DNA of 64,000 bases, from the NCBI GenBank assembly GCA_018394315.1, contig CP074575.1, positions 992,001 through 1,056,000 of the forward strand, read 5' to 3'. The notes beneath the pieces were generated by a model that saw only the letters and a list, made by a program, of their open reading frames with translations, was not told the DNA's origin and did not search any database. The translations under genes were made by a program, and so were the position numbers. Source of the stretch: Mycoplasmatota bacterium. GTDB taxonomy: Bacteria; Bacillota_I; Bacilli_A; MAG-NZ. Shown piece by piece: positions 62,293 through 64,000 of the stretch. Position 1 is the first letter of the stretch. Each line of letters begins with the position of its first letter.

Positions 62293-63407
62293 AAAAACTG
62301 CTAATCATATTAATGGTACTTGCAATATTCATGATACGTATTCCTGAAGGAGTCGCATCTGAAGAACTAAAACAGATTGGTGATAAACAGATACCACCAA
62401 CAGAACATCCTCTTTTAATTCATCAGTCATTCGAGACTGTAGGGGATAGAAAATATAGGATGGAGTTAGGTTTTGGAACTAAAACACCCTTTGTAAGAAA
62501 TTATTTTCTTACCTATTATGACCTCAATTATAAAATTGAATACATAGTTATTAATAATCAGAAGATATATCCTAAATGGGCTGTCGAAGGAAGAGATGAC
62601 GTATATTATGAATTTGGTTATAAAGTAGTAAACCTATTTTCTCCTGTACCGAGTGACGTGTGGATGTGGTATGAGATTACATTTGACAAAGTACTACCAC
62701 CCGACATCAATAATAAGTGGTATGTAAATGAAATTAAATTTCAAAATATGAGTTATGACTTTGTGAGTGATAATGGAGAGAAATATCCAACCTACTTGTT
62801 TGAGTATGATGACTTGAGTAAATATCCTAGGATTGTTCTTGAGCATGGAGATGTATTTCATCACGAACTAGGTTATTTATTCGTAGAACCAGGATATACA
62901 GCATTCTCAACTTACGATGAAACATTGTCACTCGAGGAAAGAGACATTACAAATAGGGTTGTTGAAGACTACGGATCCATAACACCAGGAGAGCCTATTG
63001 AGGTCGAAGATTCATATATCATTAACTATACTGTTGAGGACGATTTTGGAAATGTTGGATCTACTACTAGGCTATTAGTCATTGGTGATGCAGAACCACC
63101 TTTAATAAATGAGGATCCTGAGCCTGAGACACCTTTTGTAGAAGATGGCACAGATACAGCAACTGACAACACAGAGTCTTCATTCGACTTCGAGCAATTT
63201 TTACTCGATTACTGGTGGGTAGGATTAATTATAGCCTTTGCAATTATTATGTTTGCAACCAATAGCTTTACAAAGTCATTTGCAGTGACGATTATTATAT
63301 TCGTCATACTACTTATGATATACGGAAATGAGTTGATTGACTTATCACTTGAAGGATTGATAATAGATGGACTCACAGAAACAGTAGAAAGTAGAATTAC
63401 AAGTTAA
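62289..63407 (+). CDS. Exported membrane protein with DUF5011-like Ig domain and two C-terminal TMs
   Basis: Signal peptide; PRIVL...FVEPGYTA...DITNRV...INYTVEDDFGN...TRLLVIGD. Confidence 0.75.
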   Translation: MKKLLIILMVLAIFMIRIPEGVASEELKQIGDKQIPPTEHPLLIHQSFETVGDRKYRMELGFGTKTPFVRNYFLTYYDLNYKIEYIVINNQKIYPKWAVEGRDDVYYEFGYKVVNLFSPVPSDVWMWYEITFDKVLPPDINNKWYVNEIKFQNMSYDFVSDNGEKYPTYLFEYDDLSKYPRIVLEHGDVFHHELGYLFVEPGYTAFSTYDETLSLEERDITNRVVEDYGSITPGEPIEVEDSYIINYTVEDDFGNVGSTTRLLVIGDAEPPLINEDPEPETPFVEDGTDTATDNTESSFDFEQFLLDYWWVGLIIAFAIIMFATNSFTKSFAVTIIIFVILLMIYGNELIDLSLEGLIIDGLTETVESRITS

Positions 63408-63679
63408 TGTTTAAGCTGTTTCAGATTGATAGTTTTGAAGAATTTATGGTGTACTTCAATGACTTTAATCCTTCTGTTAAGCTGATACTTTATATAATAA
63501 TTTTTGCTTTAATAGTTTTTATCGCAAAAAAAATAAAGTGGGCCGGAAAGGTAATGAACTATCTAGTGGGGATCACAATAGTCTTAAAACTAGTTTCTAT
63601 GGCTGGATTCCAAGTCACTTGGATAGAAGGTTGGCTTGAAATGGTTAGCTATGCAATAATGTTTTGGGGGTTGGCGTAA
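63407..63679 (+). CDS. 90-aa small multi-TM protein
   Basis: TAATG coupling at both ends; 2-3 hydrophobic helices. Confidence 0.75.
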   Translation: MFKLFQIDSFEEFMVYFNDFNPSVKLILYIIIFALIVFIAKKIKWAGKVMNYLVGITIVLKLVSMAGFQVTWIEGWLEMVSYAIMFWGLA

Positions 63680-64000
63680 TGTTTGAAGTAGAAAGAGTGG
63701 ATAAAATTAAAAATTTCCTAGATAGACTTGCTAGAATACTTAAGCAGCTACTCTTAATAGCAGTAATATATATAGTATATAACTTAATTATAGGAACAAT
63801 TACTCCTGAACAATTATTGAGAATGTCTTTGGTGATTGCTGCAGTAGTTGCAGTAATCGCCATTGTTATATCTCTATTGTATAAGTTTATTTGGGAGTAT
63901 GTTGAATGTGAGATACTAAGGAAGAAATCAGCACAAGTACTTGTAGACACTAAAAAGATACCAATGGTGAGACAAGTATCAGGCGATCAGGGACGAGGTA
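63679..64000 (+). CDS. Partial gene: two N-terminal TMs followed by a probable P-loop NTPase (truncated by window end)
   Basis: Open from ATG 63679 to the edge; ends ...PMVRQVSGDQGRG with the next codon starting with A (GxxxxGK candidate). Confidence 0.7.
   Translation, partial: MFEVERVDKIKNFLDRLARILKQLLLIAVIYIVYNLIIGTITPEQLLRMSLVIAAVVAVIAIVISLLYKFIWEYVECEILRKKSAQVLVDTKKIPMVRQVSGDQGRG

Larger units (their letters stand above)
51097..64000. mobile_element. Integrated provirus/genomic island at the 3' end of ssrA (right end outside window)
   Basis: Integrase ends about 30 bp after the tmRNA CCA; repressor, methylase, activator, initiator-like gene, then a membrane-protein operon. Confidence 0.9.

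Noticed and set aside
63645..63950. 101-aa minus-strand ORF
   Set aside because: Antisense shadow of the coupled + strand gene starting at 63679.
57833..64000. Conventional tailed-phage structural module or conjugative T4SS
   Set aside because: No terminase, portal, capsid, tail, relaxase or VirB4 motifs in the visible part; cannot be excluded beyond the window.

Overview
This is a low-GC bacterial chromosome segment using genetic code 11 (TGA stops, prfB present). The gene order suggests a Bacillota/Mollicutes-related lineage such as Acholeplasmatales, Izemoplasmatales or Haloplasmatales; that placement is inference. Positions 1-51096 are mostly housekeeping: tpiA 3' end, rimM-trmD-rplS, csp, hpf, secA-prfB, recX, ribU, ftsK-like, lepB-rbgA-rnhB-topA, murC, ccpA-like, tyrS, pepF, trpS, an opp operon, spx-nadK, clpP, gap-ung, folT, gpmI-eno and secG-rnr-smpB-ssrA. 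This part also holds FMN and THF riboswitches, two T-boxes, an L19 leader, one IS3/IS150-family element and one ISL3 element. From the tmRNA 3' end (51097) to the window edge lies an integrated element. Its early half resembles Firmicutes temperate phages: integrase, Xre repressor with twin operators, structured RNA leaders, DNA methylase, frameshifted radical SAM gene, late activator, initiator-like gene and phased iterons. Its late half shows no capsid, terminase, portal or tail gene within the window. After a first small wHTH-like gene it encodes only membrane-anchored Ig-repeat proteins, small TM proteins and a TM-anchored protein cut off at an apparent Walker A motif. The best hypothesis is a tmRNA-integrated enveloped or extruded provirus (plasmavirus-, pleolipovirus- or inovirus-like); its right half is outside the window.
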